Source: Octopus bimaculoides
Taxonomy: Eukaryota
DNA: 64,000 nt
Direction: 5' to 3'
Assembly: GCF_001194135.2 (NCBI RefSeq)
Contig: NC_068995.1
Span: 2,089,424 to 2,153,423, forward strand
The position numbers were made by a program, and so were the translations under genes. The first letter of the stretch is position 1. The number at the start of each line of letters is the position of its first letter. The notes below the pieces were generated by a model, which saw only the letters and a program-made list of their open reading frames with translations, searched no databases and had not been told where the DNA came from. This document shows, one piece after another, positions 1 to 14,779 of this stretch.

Positions 1-36
<36 letters not shown>

Positions 37-696
37 ATATAAATATATATGTTAGCAATAATTATAATGCTGTAGAACAGTGATTCCCAAACTATGAGTC
101 GCGATCCACTAATGGGTACAAATCAGAAGTGGTCATTTTCTCAAGTTATTTATTCGTATGTAATCGTAAAAAGGAAAAGTCTGTTTTTACCTATTTATAG
201 AGAACTTATAAACTCATAGTAACTAACCCTCCCTCATCACCCACCCTCTCTTCTCTTCTTCTTCAGCTGTAGGTGTCACTTTAGACCCTGAACTTTGCAA
301 GTTATAAGGCAACCTTCACTAATGCTGGTGCCATGAAAAAGAAAAAGTGTCCCTACTTCACTCTGTAAAATGGTTGCTGTTGAGAAGGACATCCATTCAT
401 AGAGACATTGCTGGAGCTGACACTTGGCTGTGACATTCTCCTCCATTTCATCAGATTCTGTTGAACTGTTTAAGCAATACCAACAAGGGAACTGGACATT
501 AATTGATCATGATGACGGTGACGACATCACCAACAACATATATACATATACACATACATTCACACAGATACACTTGCATACACACACACACATACATACA
601 TCATACATGTATACTAATACATATAAGTATGTGTGTGTGTATATATATGTTTAATGTGTATGTGTGCGTGCATACACATACAAAAACATGCATGCA

Positions 697-794
<98 letters not shown>

Positions 795-1189
795 TTTATA
801 TATATGTATATACATATACATATACATACATGTATATACTCTCACACACACATATATACGTATATATATAAATGAGAAGATAGACAGTGAACGAGAGAGA
901 GAGAGAGAGTTAATTTAATTCTCATATTTTTCCTGTTTATTCCTTATTCTTTTAACCAAATAACCAAATATTCTAATTTCCTTCATAAATCCATTAAACG
1001 TTTTTTTCTTCTTCCTCCTTTCCTGTCTGCCAATTCCATTGAATTTGATGAACCTTCCTCTAAAACATTTCCATATTTTCGCTGCCAAACATTTTGTCAG
1101 TTAGAATTTCCTCTCTTTCTTTAATGACCTAATTTTGCCTCCTCTTTTATCCTTTTTTTTATGTTTTCAACAACATAGATCTGTTTTTT

Positions 1190-1500
1190 AATAGTTTCAG
1201 TCACTGGACTGTGGCCATGCTGGGGCACCACCTTGGAAGGTTTTAATCAAAGAAATCAAGTCCAGTACTCAGTTTTTTAGTCTGGTATTTATTCTGTTAG
1301 TTGTTTCTGCCAAACCAACATAAACAAACCAACACCAGTTGTCAAATGATGGTGGTGGTAGGGACTGAGTAAATTCAAACACAAAGACACACACACACAC
1401 ACACACACACACGATGGGCTTCTTTCAGTTTCCATCTGCCAAATCCCAAGCTTTGGTCATCCTGGGGTTACCATAGAGGGCACTTGACCAAGGTGCTCAA
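1190..1500 (-). mobile_element. SINE family 1 copy
   Basis: Same tail, (CA)n and partial head as 27303-27710. Confidence 0.65.
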
Positions 1501-2943
1501 CAACATGGCCTGCAACTGTTTCCCATTCACATGTCTTGTTTCTTCTTCTGGTTTCCCTCCTGAAAACATCCAAGAATTATGGATCCTTTGAATAAGAACC
1601 ATGTTCTCATATTTTCTTCAAGATTTCTTTCGGAGTGCTACAGCTGGCCAAACCACTACAACATTCTACAACAAAATATACCATGGCATCTCATGACCAT
1701 TTTTTTCTCCTCCCCCAAAATATCTATTCCAAGAATTTCTTGTTTTCAGAATAAAATCTAAGCCATCTCCATGTTTCTGCTAGAATGCTACAGCTGGCCA
1801 CATCACTAAACTGTTTGTTTTGTAATGAAATGCTTCCACTGCTCCCCAACCCCAACCCCATCTCAAATCTTGTATTAAGCTGGTTCTCTCTCTCTCTCTC
1901 TCTCCCTCCTCTCCCCCTATCTTTCTATTTCTCCTTTCTCTTTCCCTCCCTCTCCCTCCCTTATCATACCTAGACATCTTATCAATCACAGACTTCCATC
2001 CCCACCAACCCTTCTTCTTCCCATCAACTTAGCTTCTTAAAGGAATCAGGCTTTCTCTAACCAGATGGTAAGACCATCAAATATCTCCTCTCCCTCTCCC
2101 TCTATCTCTCTCCCTCTCTTTCTCCCTTTCTCTTCCTCTCCCTCTCCCTGTATCTCTCTCCTTCTCTCTCACTCCTTTCTCTTCCTCTCACTCCCCCTCT
2201 CTCTTCCTACCTCTCCTTCCTTCCCTCCCCCACCCCTCCCTCTCCCCCATCTCCTTCTCCCATCTCCTTCTCCCATCTCCCCCTCCTCTAGCCTCATCTT
2301 CCTTTCAATTTTCCTTAATGGCAAGCCAGTCTCAGATTCCTTCCATTCCATTAAATCATTACCAAATTTTGCCTCTGAATTATAATGCCATCATATTTCC
2401 AATCTCTGAGAATCGACCAAGGGTTAAACAGCACCAGACTGAAGAATACCGAGGATGTTGTTATGGTATTCTCTTATTTGATTCCAATCTTTGTGTCTTT
2501 GTATTTTAGCGTTTGACGTCCAGGTGGACTGTGGCAGGCATTTACCATTTAGTGGCTTTAATTTCCTGTCATACCGTCAGACAGATGTCAGCAAGAATGT
2601 CTCTGACAGCATCTCTTGCAATCTATTCTGTTATGTCGCAGACGTTAACAGCTGCACCGAACACTGAGGTTAAATATACGTATGCACACATACATGCACC
2701 CCCCTACACACACACACACAGACCTCGCCAGTGCTGGTGCCACGTAAAAAGCACTCAGTCCACCTGAGTGGTGGTCGGCATTAGGAAGGGCGTCCAGCTG
2801 TAGAAATTATGTAAAAACAGATAGAGAAGCCTGGTGCAGTCTTCTACAAAGCCAGCTCCTATCAAACTGTCCAACCCATGCCAGCATGGAAAAATATATA
2901 TAAATAGACATGCACACACATACACACTTGCACGCTCACACAC

Positions 2944-2977
<34 letters not shown>

Positions 2978-3548
2978 CAGGCAAGGCAAAGCAGAATGTT
3001 TGAATAAAGATGGCATTAAAACCATCAAGTAGGAAACCACCCAAAGAATGTCAGAATGGTTGACAGGTCATGTGACAGGTCATATGACAGTCACAAGAAC
3101 CTGTCTTCTTTAATGGACAAACTGCAAGAACAATGATGACAGTCATGTCAGCTGGACAACTGAGGTTGTAATAAAACAACAGCCACCANNNNNNNNNNNN
3201 NNNNNNNNNNNNNNNNNNNNNNNNNNNNNNNNNNNNNNNNNNNNNNNNNNNNNNNNNNNNNNNNNNNNNNNNNNNNNNNNNNNNNNNNNNNNNNNNNNNN
3301 NNNNNNNNNCAACTCTACTGCTGCCGCCACCACCACCACCACCATTTCGTTTGTACCTAACATGACAGACTAAATAAGTAGTTTTGGTAATATTACTTCT
3401 ATTGTAGCCTTGACTGGACACAAGTGGCCTGAGTGTGGTCAATAGTTACAACGTTGTCCACTCCTAACCAAACACTCACATATTTTACTCAAAAGACAAA
3501 TCAATATTTTCTTTTGAAAAAATATTTTCCAAAAGAAAATATTGGCTT

Positions 3549-3594
<46 letters not shown>

Positions 3595-3666
3595 CACATA
3601 TGCAAAACACGCATATTTGCATAAGCATAAATATGTGTGTGAATGTGTATACATATCTATATCTAT

Positions 3667-3708
<42 letters not shown>

Positions 3709-4339
3709 ATGATACAGTATATGCGTGTGTATCTGTATATATATATGTATGCTTCTATATATGTGTCTGTATATATAGATATGTTATGTCATGCTTTGTA
3801 TATTAAAAAGTAAGCTATAAATGTGGTCCAATCGATGTGTTTGTTAATCTGAGGTTTTCTCCATTTTCTGATTATTTATATATATATGTATGAACCTTGT
3901 CCAGCCCAATCTGGAGAGGAGCCCTTTGCCTTCCTCTGCCACCATTAAATACATCACTGGAACTTCAGCCATCCATGACTAGACTTGAGATGATTACTGA
4001 AATGGGTTCCCATTGCCTTTTGTCCATTCTGAAATTCTCCTGCTCCCTGGATCTTCCCATTGAGTCTCAGGATCTGTTTAGCTCTTTGACAGGGCTGAAG
4101 CTGGTTTACATGATATCAGGACATGTTGGTGGGGCCCATGGAGGAACAGATGTCAAAGAGACAGCCTTCAACTGAATCCTCACATACCTAAACCGCAGGG
4201 CCCTCATAAATTTGGCCTTCGACAGGTATTAGCACTCAGGGCTAGACTGAATCTTGGAGAAGAGTTGACCAAGGGATAACCCTGCACTCACCAAAACTTC
4301 TGGAGTCACTCTGAACCTGAAGCTTCACTCCAAGAGTCA

Positions 4340-4945
4340 GTTAAATGTTTTACACAGAGACATCTCTTTATGCAGAAAACTCAAATCCCAACCACCTCTA
4401 TAAGTTGGCAACGGTGAAATACAGAATTTATGCACCATAAACCTCAGATGAGGAGAGGCTGGGAGAAAAGCTAAATTTGCATTCTTCAGTTTGGTTTTTG
4501 TGCTGATCCTCATCACAAATTTCTGGGTAAAGACCAAAAGAGTTCAATTGTTAAGGCAAGCAACTGAAATGGGATTCCTTCAAAGAATCTCTGGAATTAT
4601 ATTACTCAACAGGTTGTGTAATTCAGTGATAATGGGATCTTTCCAGATTGAGCCATTACTTCTTTTGCATAAAGGGGTCACAACCCTGGTACTACAAATT
4701 TGTGATTAGAATGCCATAGGAAAGAATTGCAAATGGATTCTTCAAGTTATGCTAACTAGCAAGAGACCTAGGAATAGACGAAGAATAGGATGGTTGGATG
4801 ATATAAATAACCTCTGTTGGTTGTGCTTTGGAATCTAACAGGAAAGTGTAATGGCAGCTGCTTCTGATAGGGCCCAGTGGAAGAGGTGCCTGAAGACTAT
4901 CCCCACTCCCCTCCCAGGAATACTGAGAAAATGGATGGATGTATC
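4340..4945 (+). mobile_element. RTE-clade (Rex3/Expander-like) LINE 3' fragment, degenerate
   Basis: Reads KAKFAFFSLVFVLILITNFWVKTKRVQLLRQATEMGFLQRISG, then broken RSQ..RMP..SKRPRNRRRIGWLDDI..ASDRAQWK, ending in an ATGGATGGATG tail, the typical RTE C-terminus. Confidence 0.75.
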
Positions 4946-6944
4946 AGAGAAAACATGTCTTTCTACCCATTATTCCAACCTCACCACCATACCACCCTTC
5001 CATGGAATCCACCCATCAATATGCTTCTAACCAAACCACAATCCTCTGCAGGAATCTGCTAAGATGTTCCATATTCTCTGTGAATGGTATTAAAGTCAAT
5101 CTGATGTTTACTGTAAAGATTTATCTCAAGCTTAATCCTTCTTCTTCGTTTAATCTTCATCAGAGAAATCAATAGAATAACGGCAACCAGCTTCGGTTCT
5201 TGATGAGTTTTAACTGATGACAAACAGCTTTGGCAGTCGGCTATGGGTTGGAGATCACCTACTCTCTGTATGCACACACCCATGTGTGTGTGTATGTTTA
5301 TACACATGTCTATCCTTGTGTTTATGTGTTTGTGTATCTGTGTGTGTGTGACAGTTTATTTGTGTCTCTATGAATATGTGTGTATATGTACGTTACTTTG
5401 TGTGTGTGTGTGTGTGTGTGCTACTTTGTATGTGTATATGTGTACGTGTTACTTTATATGTGTGTATATGTATGTGTGAATAGATGCATGTGCACCTGTG
5501 ACTGTGTGAGTGTGTCTGTGCATGTCTGTGTGTGTTTGCTTGTGTGTCTGATGGTGTATGTGTGTGTGTGTATATGTGACTCTGATAGTGTGTGTGTGAC
5601 AGTATATCAGACTTTATGTGTCTGTGAATATGTGTGTATGTGTACATGTTGCTTTTTCTTTCACACTTTCTCTTTCTGTGCATGTGTGTGTGTGTGTTTC
5701 TGAGTGAATGTATGTAACTGTTTATATATACCTACATATGTGTATGAGCCAGCCTGCATATGTATATACACATGTGTATATATTACACACAGCTATAATG
5801 GCAATAAACTGCTGTTCCTGACTCGTTATGTTGCTATAAAGGAGATGTCAATTTTAGCAATTCTATAAACTCAGACTTCAGGCTGTACTGCCAGACATTA
5901 CTCACTCTTGCCTCTGACCCACCTCCCCATCTGCTATCCTCTACTGCCAGCCATCACTCACGCTCACTTCTATTCCCCCCATCAACTATGCTTTGCTGCC
6001 AGCCACCACTCACTCTCTTCCCTTGGCTCCCAATATTTTCTTCTATCAATGACCGATGCTTTTGTCAACTTCTGCTACTGACCATTGTCCTTTTCCATCT
6101 CCTTCCCACTATAATTCTCTCTCTCCCATATACTCTGGCCCCTTTCACTTGACCTCTTAAGCTTTTCAGCTGCCATCACTTTCTCCTCTGAATCAAGAAT
6201 GTATTGAATTGCAAGGTCCCTTCTTCCCTAGCCCTGTTTCATTGTGAAGTGGTTGTCAATAGGAAGGGTATCATACAGTAGAAACCAAGTGGATTGACTT
6301 GTATTGGCAGCAGTCTATGGAAATAGTTGTGGTTTCCACTATGAAATTACTTGGATCAGGATGACCTGTCTGACTGGACCAGCAGGGAGAGTGGACAGAA
6401 AACAATAGCATAGGTTACATATATTATGTATCTATTATCCAATATCATTGCTGAAGATAGCGTATTTTTAAGATAGCATGTTTGCACAAATACACACACA
6501 CACAAAAACTCACATCCACCCACACACACATATACATATACACACACATATACACATATATATTCATATCTATATTATATTCTTGCACTATATACATACA
6601 CCTATGCATACACACGCCCACACACAATACACATACATGCACAAATATATCCCTTCATACAAATACACACACATACACCAACAGACATGTGTATATTCTT
6701 AAATCTATATTATTTTCAATAAATTCATATCAATTTAAAGCCAATATGTCAAGCTAAATTGATGAATGTTATAAAAATGGTTCTGTGGAATCGGAAAAAC
6801 CATTCCAATGACAAAATGACAAAAACATAATTAGAGAATTCACGTCCAGTTGTAGACTTATTGGCCAGATTAGTTTTCAGTCTGACATTAACAAACGTCT
6901 CTGTTTAGACATGGTGATTAATTTATGAAGTTAATCTAAATGTA

Positions 6945-7110
6945 GACGTGACTGTGTGGTAAGAAGCTTGCTTCACAACCACATGGTCTTGGGTTCAATC
7001 CTACTGCATGACACCTTCAGCAAATGTCTTCTACTATAGCTCCAGACTGACTCAAAGCCTTCCAAGTGGCTTTCGTAGATGGAAACTGTGTGGAAGCAAA
7101 TCGTACGTAT
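6945..7110 (+). mobile_element. SINE family 1 head
   Basis: GTGACTGTGTGGTAAGAAGCTTGCTTCACAACCACATGGTCTTGGGTTCAATCCTACTGC...GGAAACTG. Confidence 0.7.
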
Positions 7111-7275
7111 ACTTATAATGTGTGTAATGCAGGATAGCAAGGACGGCCCCCAGCCCCTTCTCTAACCCTGTCTCACTGTAAAGTGGTTGGCAAAAGGAAG
7201 AGTAACCTGCAGTAGAAACCAAGTCAAATGACTTGTATGGGCATCGGGCTATGGAAGTAGGGGCCGTTTCCAAAA

Positions 7276-7315
<40 letters not shown>

Positions 7316-8080
7316 TGAATATCATCATCATCATCATCATCATCGTTTAACGTCCATTTTCCATGTTGGCATGGATTGGACGGTTTGACTGGGGTCTGGG
7401 AAGCCAGGAGGCTGCACCAGGCTCTATTCTGATCCGGCAGTGTTTCTACAGCTTGATGCCCTTCCTTAATGCCAAAGTGGCTGAGTTCCTTTCGAGTGTT
7501 GGGCCTCACAGAGGCAATGATTGAGACCTTTGGCATTATGTCGTGCTTGAGAAGAAGACCCATCAACCCAAGCAAAATCACAGTCATGGCAGATACTGGC
7601 ATCATGCAAATGACACCCTTGCCAAAGACATGGAAAAGCACCCATTGCACTTTCAGAGTGGTTGGCATTAGGAAGGGCATCCAGCTGTAGAAAACCATGC
7701 CAAATCAGACTGGAGTCTGGTGCAGCCTTCCAGCTTACCAGTCCTGGTCAAACCATCCAACCCATGCCAGCATGGACAATGGACACTAAAGGAAGATGAT
7801 GATGATGATGATAATGATGATGGTAATGATGATGACGACGTCAATGATGATGATGATGATATTTAATGTAGATGTATTATTTTTTTTTTTTATCTTTTAC
7901 TTCTTTCAGTTATTGAAGAATGGGTATTATTTTTTCTTTTTGTCTGACACTTGTTCTGTTGGTCTATTTTGATGAACCACTAAGTTATGGGGATGTAAAC
8001 AGACCAACATCAGTTGCCAAGCAGTGGTGAGAAACAAACACATACAGAACCACACAAACACACCGACACACACACTTATA

Positions 8081-8301
8081 TACAAGGATGTGCTGAAAAG
8101 TTGCTGGCTTTAAGGGTATTGCAAAAGACCTGGTTGGAGGACCAACCTTCTGAGTTCTTTTACAGGGCTTAGAAAAACTGAAGGACCACTGCAATAAGTG
8201 TGTGAATCTGAGAGGAGAATATGTAGAATGAAATCATAATTAACTGATCTTCTTGTATATTCTTTTACCCAAGGCCAGGAACTTTTTGGCTCGCCTTTGT
8301 A
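8081..8301 (+). mobile_element. Mariner-derived MITE (internally deleted)
   Basis: TA..TA ends; imperfect TIRs CAAGGATGTGCTGAAAAGTTGCTGGCTTTAAGGGTA / TACCCAAGGCCAGGAACTTTTTGGCTCGCCTTTG; interior encodes the mariner C-terminus GLEKLKDHCNKCVNLRGEYVE*. Confidence 0.8.
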
Positions 8302-8947
8302 CATGTGTGTGTGTGTGTGGCTTCTTTTAGTTTCCGTCTACCAAATCCACTCCCAAGGCTTTGGCCAGCTAGGGGTTTTGTAGAAGACACTTGCCCAAGG
8401 TGCCACACAGTGGGACTGACCCTGGGTCCATGTGGCTGGGAAGCACCATATCTCTGCCCAATCACTTGTAAAACAGGAACAACAGATTTCGGAATATAAA
8501 TCCTAGATACCTGTAAATAGATAGGATGGCCATAGATGGAATACTCTCAAATTTGGGTTGATCATCTATTTATTGGTATCAAGTATTACAATACTGTTTA
8601 GCCCGTGGTAGAGCAGAGAGAGGATAACATTTTTAAAAGAGTAAAAGATTGCTGTTGTTGTTGTTGCTGCTTAGTCCCACAGCAGTCTTTGATGAGTGAA
8701 CCTACCATCAAAGGTGCCCCAAATTTGACCATTCCATCTCATTGTGCTTTTGGGTCTACATGATATGTGAATATTTCAGCTTGCGATAAATGACGCTCTA
8801 CATTTTGGATTAGATCCTCTCTCTCTCTCTCTCTTCGCTTTCCCATGCAGAATTTTTGTGCTAAAATACACACACACACATACACACACACACACACATA
8901 TATACACAGACACAGGCACATATACATACATACATAATATATATACA

Positions 8948-8983
<36 letters not shown>

Positions 8984-9647
8984 TACATAGATACGTGCAT
9001 ACAGACACATATATGTGTGTGTGTCTGTCTGTATGCATATATCTATGTATGTGTGTATGTATGTTTGTATGTTTGTATGCGTGTTTATCAGTATGGAAGA
9101 AGAAAGAAAACAAGAAAGCGAATTTAAATAATTGCTTTGTTTACCATAAATTGTCTTCAATTGTTGAGCCTAGAGACATCGTTTCCTTTATACAATATTT
9201 CAAACACATTGTAAAATTACACAGTGGTGCTTTTAACATATTACACCCATTTTACGGAGTGATATTTTTTCAACATGATGCACTTAGCTTTGTGGGTAAA
9301 TAAGCTTGCTTCCCAGTTACATGCTTCTAGGTTCAATCTCACTGAGTGGCAACTTCAATGAGTGTTCAATTCTATATTTAAGAGATGAGGAATTATGTAC
9401 ATTATTTACATTTGACGGATGTTTGTCCTCATCTTCTTTGTTGTTAACGCAACGTTTCGGGTGTCTTGGGGAAATTTCGAACACACATCAGGCTTCTTTC
9501 AGTTTCTGTCTGCTGAATCTATTCTCAAGGCTTTAGTCAGGTTGAGGCTGTAGTAGAAGAAAGAGACCTGCTGAAGGCGCCAAATTGTCAGACTGAACCA
9601 TGTGGTTGGGAAGCAAGCTTGTTACAACACACCTATCCCTGCACCTA

Positions 9648-9696
<49 letters not shown>

Positions 9697-10168
9697 TCTA
9701 ATGTCCACTTTCCTATGTTTACACGAGCAAGACAGTGTTTATTAAAGCCGACTTTCTATGGTCAGATGTCTTTCCTGTCAAAAAGCTTTTACTCATCTCC
9801 AAACAAGATAATATTTCCTTATGGTTAGACATGTTTCCACCAAATATTGGAAATGAATGACATTTAACCAATAAGGCAAAAGTGACCAGTAGAATAAATA
9901 CCAGGCTTTAAAAAGATTGAAGTATTGGGGTCGATTCATTTAGCTAAAATTCCTCAAGGTGTTGCCCCAGCATGGGCGTAGTCTAANNNNNNNNNNNNNN
10001 NNNNNNNNNNNNNNNNNNNNNNNNNNNNNNNNNNNNNNNNNNNNNNNNNNNNNNNNNNNNNNNNNNNNNNNNNNNNNNNNNNNNNNNNNNNNNNNNNNNN
10101 NNNNNNNNNNNNNNNNNNNNNNNNNNNNNNNNNNNNNNNNNNNNNNNNNNNNNNNNNNNNNNNNNNNN

Positions 10169-10204
<36 letters not shown>

Positions 10205-10751
10205 CACACACATATTCACACAAACACACAAGTGCATTTGTGCAGATTTGCTAGTTTTAGAGATATCAGATCTGACCATGTAACTAATCAATCAAGCAAA
10301 CAAACTGTGCAAGAACAGAGGCACCTTATGTTTTGGTGGTTGGGTACGTTGGCTTGGCTGACCAAAGAGTTAAGGCCAGCCCTGGCTGAGTGGTCGTTGG
10401 GGTATAAGCACACAACAACAACAATAGTTATGATAATAATAATAATGATGATGATGATGATGATGATGATGATAATAATAATGGTAAGAAATGTATTGGC
10501 AATGATATTGTTTTTATTTCACAGAAGTACCATACAGACGTAGACTCCAGAATACAATATGACGAAATACAATGCAATTACCATAATACAATAAGATATA
10601 AATGGGTGAACATATGTTGCTATGTGCACCCACATACATACAGAGAGTGAGAGAGAGAGAGAGAGAGAGAGAAACACATGCAGGCACCACGTAGTTTCAT
10701 ATATACACATATATATATATATTTGTATATAAATTTGTATTGGTATATTTT

Positions 10752-10822
<71 letters not shown>

Positions 10823-10836
10823 NNNNNNNNNNTATA

Positions 10837-10880
<44 letters not shown>

Positions 10881-11545
10881 TATGTACATATATATATATA
10901 TATATATATATAAATACATATACTTATATATCTTCATACATAGATGCACATGTGTGTGCATACGCACACATATATATACATAAATATATACATACATATA
11001 TAACATGTATGTATGTACATATATATACATATATATATAAATACAAATCTCTCTCTCTATATATATATATATGTATGTATGTGTATCTATGTGTATGTAT
11101 ATGTATATATATATATGTGTATATGTGTATATGTATGTATGTATATATGCATATATGCATATATATATGCCTGTATGCAAACACATAGGCACACAGATGT
11201 AACACAAGTCGCTAGAATAAACATTAGTCTGCACAAGAAGCTGAAACAAAACAACGAAAAACTCATGCAAAACACACAGTGCTTGTTTCAAATTAGCTTA
11301 TCAGTTGCCTCGGTCGCCGTAGAGACGGGAATTTATGGAGATTATTGACTAAATAAATAGAGAAAAATCATGAATAAAGACAAAAGAATGAAGAGGAAAA
11401 TGACAATTTCTCTCTCTTTTGCTCTCGACGAATTTTTTCTCTTGGAACTCTTTAAATGGTAACAACTTGACCTGCAGATATGGAGACACTGTTTAGAATG
11501 AAGGAGACGGTTACTATTATCAATGGAATATATAGACACCAGCTG

Positions 11546-11640
<95 letters not shown>

Positions 11641-11684
11641 GTATATATGCATATATACATACATACATACATGCATATATATAT

Positions 11685-11721
<37 letters not shown>

Positions 11722-11790
11722 GAATGGATATATTGACAGACACCTTATATAGATGTTAACTGGATATAGAGGTAGTCACTGAGTGTATAC

Positions 11791-11872
11791 AGATGATGGT
11801 TAGATATATATATAGACACGTGTTTAGATGATGGTTAGATATATATATAGACACGTGTTTAGATGATGGTTA
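11791..11872. repeat. 35-bp tandem repeat, 2.3 copies
   Basis: AGATGATGGTTAGATATATATATAGACACGTGTTT at 11791 and 11826, partial at 11861. Confidence 0.9.
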
Positions 11873-11964
11873 AATATACTGACACTTTGAGGTGAGACAT
11901 TGACTTGATTTATAGAGACAGGCATCGCGTACAGATTATCCATTGTATGTTATAGACAAATTCT

Positions 11965-12305
11965 GGTGTGTGGTAAGAAACTTACTTCCCAACCACAAGG
12001 TTCTGGGTTCAGTCCCCACTGTGTAGCACCTTCGGCAAATGTCTTCTGCTATAACCTCAGGCTGAATAAAACCATGTGAGTGGATTTGATAGATGGAAAC
12101 TGAAAGAAGCCCATCGTATATATATATATATATATATTGATACACATATGTGTGTGTGTGCCTGCTGGAGAGGTGGGATCTTTATCTTTGTGTTTGTCTC
12201 CCACCACCATATCATAACCGGTGTTGGTGTGTTTATATCTCCATTAGTGGTTTGTCAAAAGCGATCGATAGAATAATTACCAGGTTTAACGAAAAGTAAG
12301 TCCTG
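11965..12305 (+). mobile_element. SINE family 1 copy
   Basis: Head GTGTGGTAAGAAACTTACTTCCCAACCACAAGGTTCTGGGTTCAGTCCCACTG, (TA)n, partial tail. Confidence 0.7.
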
Positions 12306-12439
12306 TATAATAACTGAGAGTCCAATATTTCCTGCAGAAAGAGACAGCCATTCCTCAACAGGTTCACTCAGCCCTTCATGGGACTACAAGGAATCTATTA
12401 CCTCCATGATAGTCAAGAATTCCATAGAATCCCTGTCGA

Positions 12440-12895
12440 GACAATCAACTAACATTTGGGATTTTGTTCCATCAAGGCTTGCAGGACATCCTTGCCAAGC
12501 TCTACAAATCTTCCAGGACAAGGCTCATCTTCTTGGCTGTAGTTTCTGGCTTGGAATTTCTGGAACCACCTTTGACACTGGCTCAAGACTATTGTCTGAT
12601 CCCCATATACTGCATTAATATTCCTCGCACTTTCCATTGCATTGTTGCCTTTATTGAACTCATAAAGTGAAATATACCAAATATACTCCTTTATCACTTC
12701 CATTGTAGCTTTGAAAAAATAACTGCTAAAATCGAACTGCACTCTTCAAAACTTGCACTAAGAATAAGGGTATGTTAAAATTACTACCTGCTTTTTATAG
12801 CAAGATGATGCAGGCAGTTTATTCCATCCCCCTCCAACTTTTAGTTCATACAATTGAAAAAACCGCATTATTTATATTTTCCAAGTATAATGTAC
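12440..12895 (-). mobile_element. Mariner transposase 5' fragment (HTH region), truncated
   Basis: ORF 12449-12742 reads MEVIKEYIWYISLYEFNKGNNAMESARNINAVYGDQTIVLSQCQRWFQKFQARNYSQEDEPCPGRFVELGKDVLQALMEQNP, the Mos1/SETMAR-type N-terminus. Confidence 0.85.
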
Positions 12896-13179
12896 TTTCT
12901 GGACCAAGAATTGAACCTATGACCGTGTCATCAAAAGCTCAGTTGTCTAACCACTTGGCTAGTTGTCTTCTTGGTCTTTGAGTGAATCTAACTGGCATTG
13001 AATATGTGCAGCAGAGTGGAGTGAGGATGTGAAAGGAGGGAAAAAGAAAAGAAAGAAGGGTCTTTTTTTTTTCTAAAGAAAATCAATTCTACTTCTCAGG
13101 CTACACACACACATATAAACACATACACACACATATAAACACATATGTACATATACATACATGCATAGAAATGTGTGTT

Positions 13180-13224
<45 letters not shown>

Positions 13225-13887
13225 TCATACACCCACACACGTACATAAATATGTTTAATCATGTGAAGTTTACTCCTCCGCCCCCTCCCCCNNNNNNNNN
13301 NNNNNNNNNNNNNNNNNNNNNNNNNNNNNNNNNNNNNNNNNNNNNNNNNNNNNNNNNNNNNNNNNNNNNNNNNNNNNNNNNNNNNNNNNNNNNNNNNNNN
13401 NNNNNNNNNNNNNNNNNNNNNNNNNNNNNNNNNNNNNNNNNNNNNNNNNNNNNNNNNNNNNNNNNNNNNNNNNNNNNNNNNNNNNNNNNNNNNNNNNNNN
13501 NNNNNNNNNNNNNNNNNNNNNNNNNNNNNNNNNNNNNNNNNNNNNNNNNNNNNNNNNNNNNNNNNNNNNNNNNNNNNNNNNNNNNNNNNNNNNNNNNNNN
13601 NNNNNNNNNNNNNNNNNNNNNNNNNNNNNNNNNNNNNNNNNNNNNNNNNNNNNNNNNNNNNNNNNNNNNNNNNNNNNNNNNNNNNNNNNNNNNNNNNNNN
13701 NNNNNNNNNNNNNNNNNNNNNNNNNNNNNNNNNNNNNNNNNNNNNNNNNNNNNNNNNNNNNNNNNNNNNNNNNNNNNNNNNNNNNNNNNNNNNNNNNNNN
13801 NNNNNNNNNNNNNNNNNNNNNNNNNNNNNNNNNNNNNNNNNNNNNNNNNNNNNNNNNNNNNNNNNNNNNNNNNNNNNNNNNNNNNNT

Positions 13888-14128
13888 GAAGGTGCTAGTT
13901 GTGATGGTATTCATAGTAGTAGTGGTGATGGTGGTGGGAGTTGTGGTGGTAGTAGCGGTTGTGGTGGGAATTGTAACTGTAGTAGTACAGGTGGAGGTAA
14001 CTTTAGTGGTAGTAATACTGAAGGTGGTGATGATAGTTATAGCAATATTAGTGGCAGCAGCAGCAGCAGCAGCTAGTAGTAGTAGTAATAGTAGTAGTAG
14101 TGGTGGTGGTGGTGGTGGTGTGGTGGTG

Positions 14129-14179
<51 letters not shown>

Positions 14180-14270
14180 ATATTGGTTGTGGTGGTGGTG
14201 GTGGTGGTAGCAGTGGTAGGAATAGTAGTAGTAGTAGTAGTAGTAGTAGTAGATATGGTGGTGGTGGTCG
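13888..14270. repeat. Compound (GTA/GTG/GCA)n trinucleotide microsatellite
   Basis: Visible runs; explains the poly-V/poly-T ORFs. Confidence 0.9.
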
Positions 14271-14629
14271 GCAAAATGTTTCATTAGTTGACCAAAAGAG
14301 AGTGGACAGTGCGTCCGATTTTTGTAGCTCCTCATCCCAGACTCACGAAATTAATGTGGCTTATATTCGTTTGACATTTATTGCTTGGCATCTTTTAGTT
14401 GGACATCCGTAGGTCAAGATCTGTTAGCAGAGCAGCTACATCTTGTTAATTAATGAGTATTAATAGATTAACTTTTGTGTATTGAATATCTGTTGATGGA
14501 CATCTGTTGGTTGAATAATTGCAGGTCGATGCCCGTTTGTTAAACATTTGTTGATTTACATCTGGAGGTGGACGTCTGTTGGTTGAAAGAGCTTACATCT
14601 GTAGATTGACAGCTATTAGTTTATTATCT

Positions 14630-14737
14630 GTATATCTCGGAGGGAGGGAGAGAGAGAAAGGGAGAAAGAGAGAGACAGACAGATAGACAAGTAGGTTGAT
14701 GGAGAAAGAGAGAAAGGAGAGAGACCGACAGAGAGAC

Positions 14738-14779
<42 letters not shown>

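Noticed and set aside
6945-7010. tRNA-like A/B boxes at SINE heads
   Set aside because: They continue into SINE bodies and do not fold into a full cloverleaf by eye; not tRNA genes.
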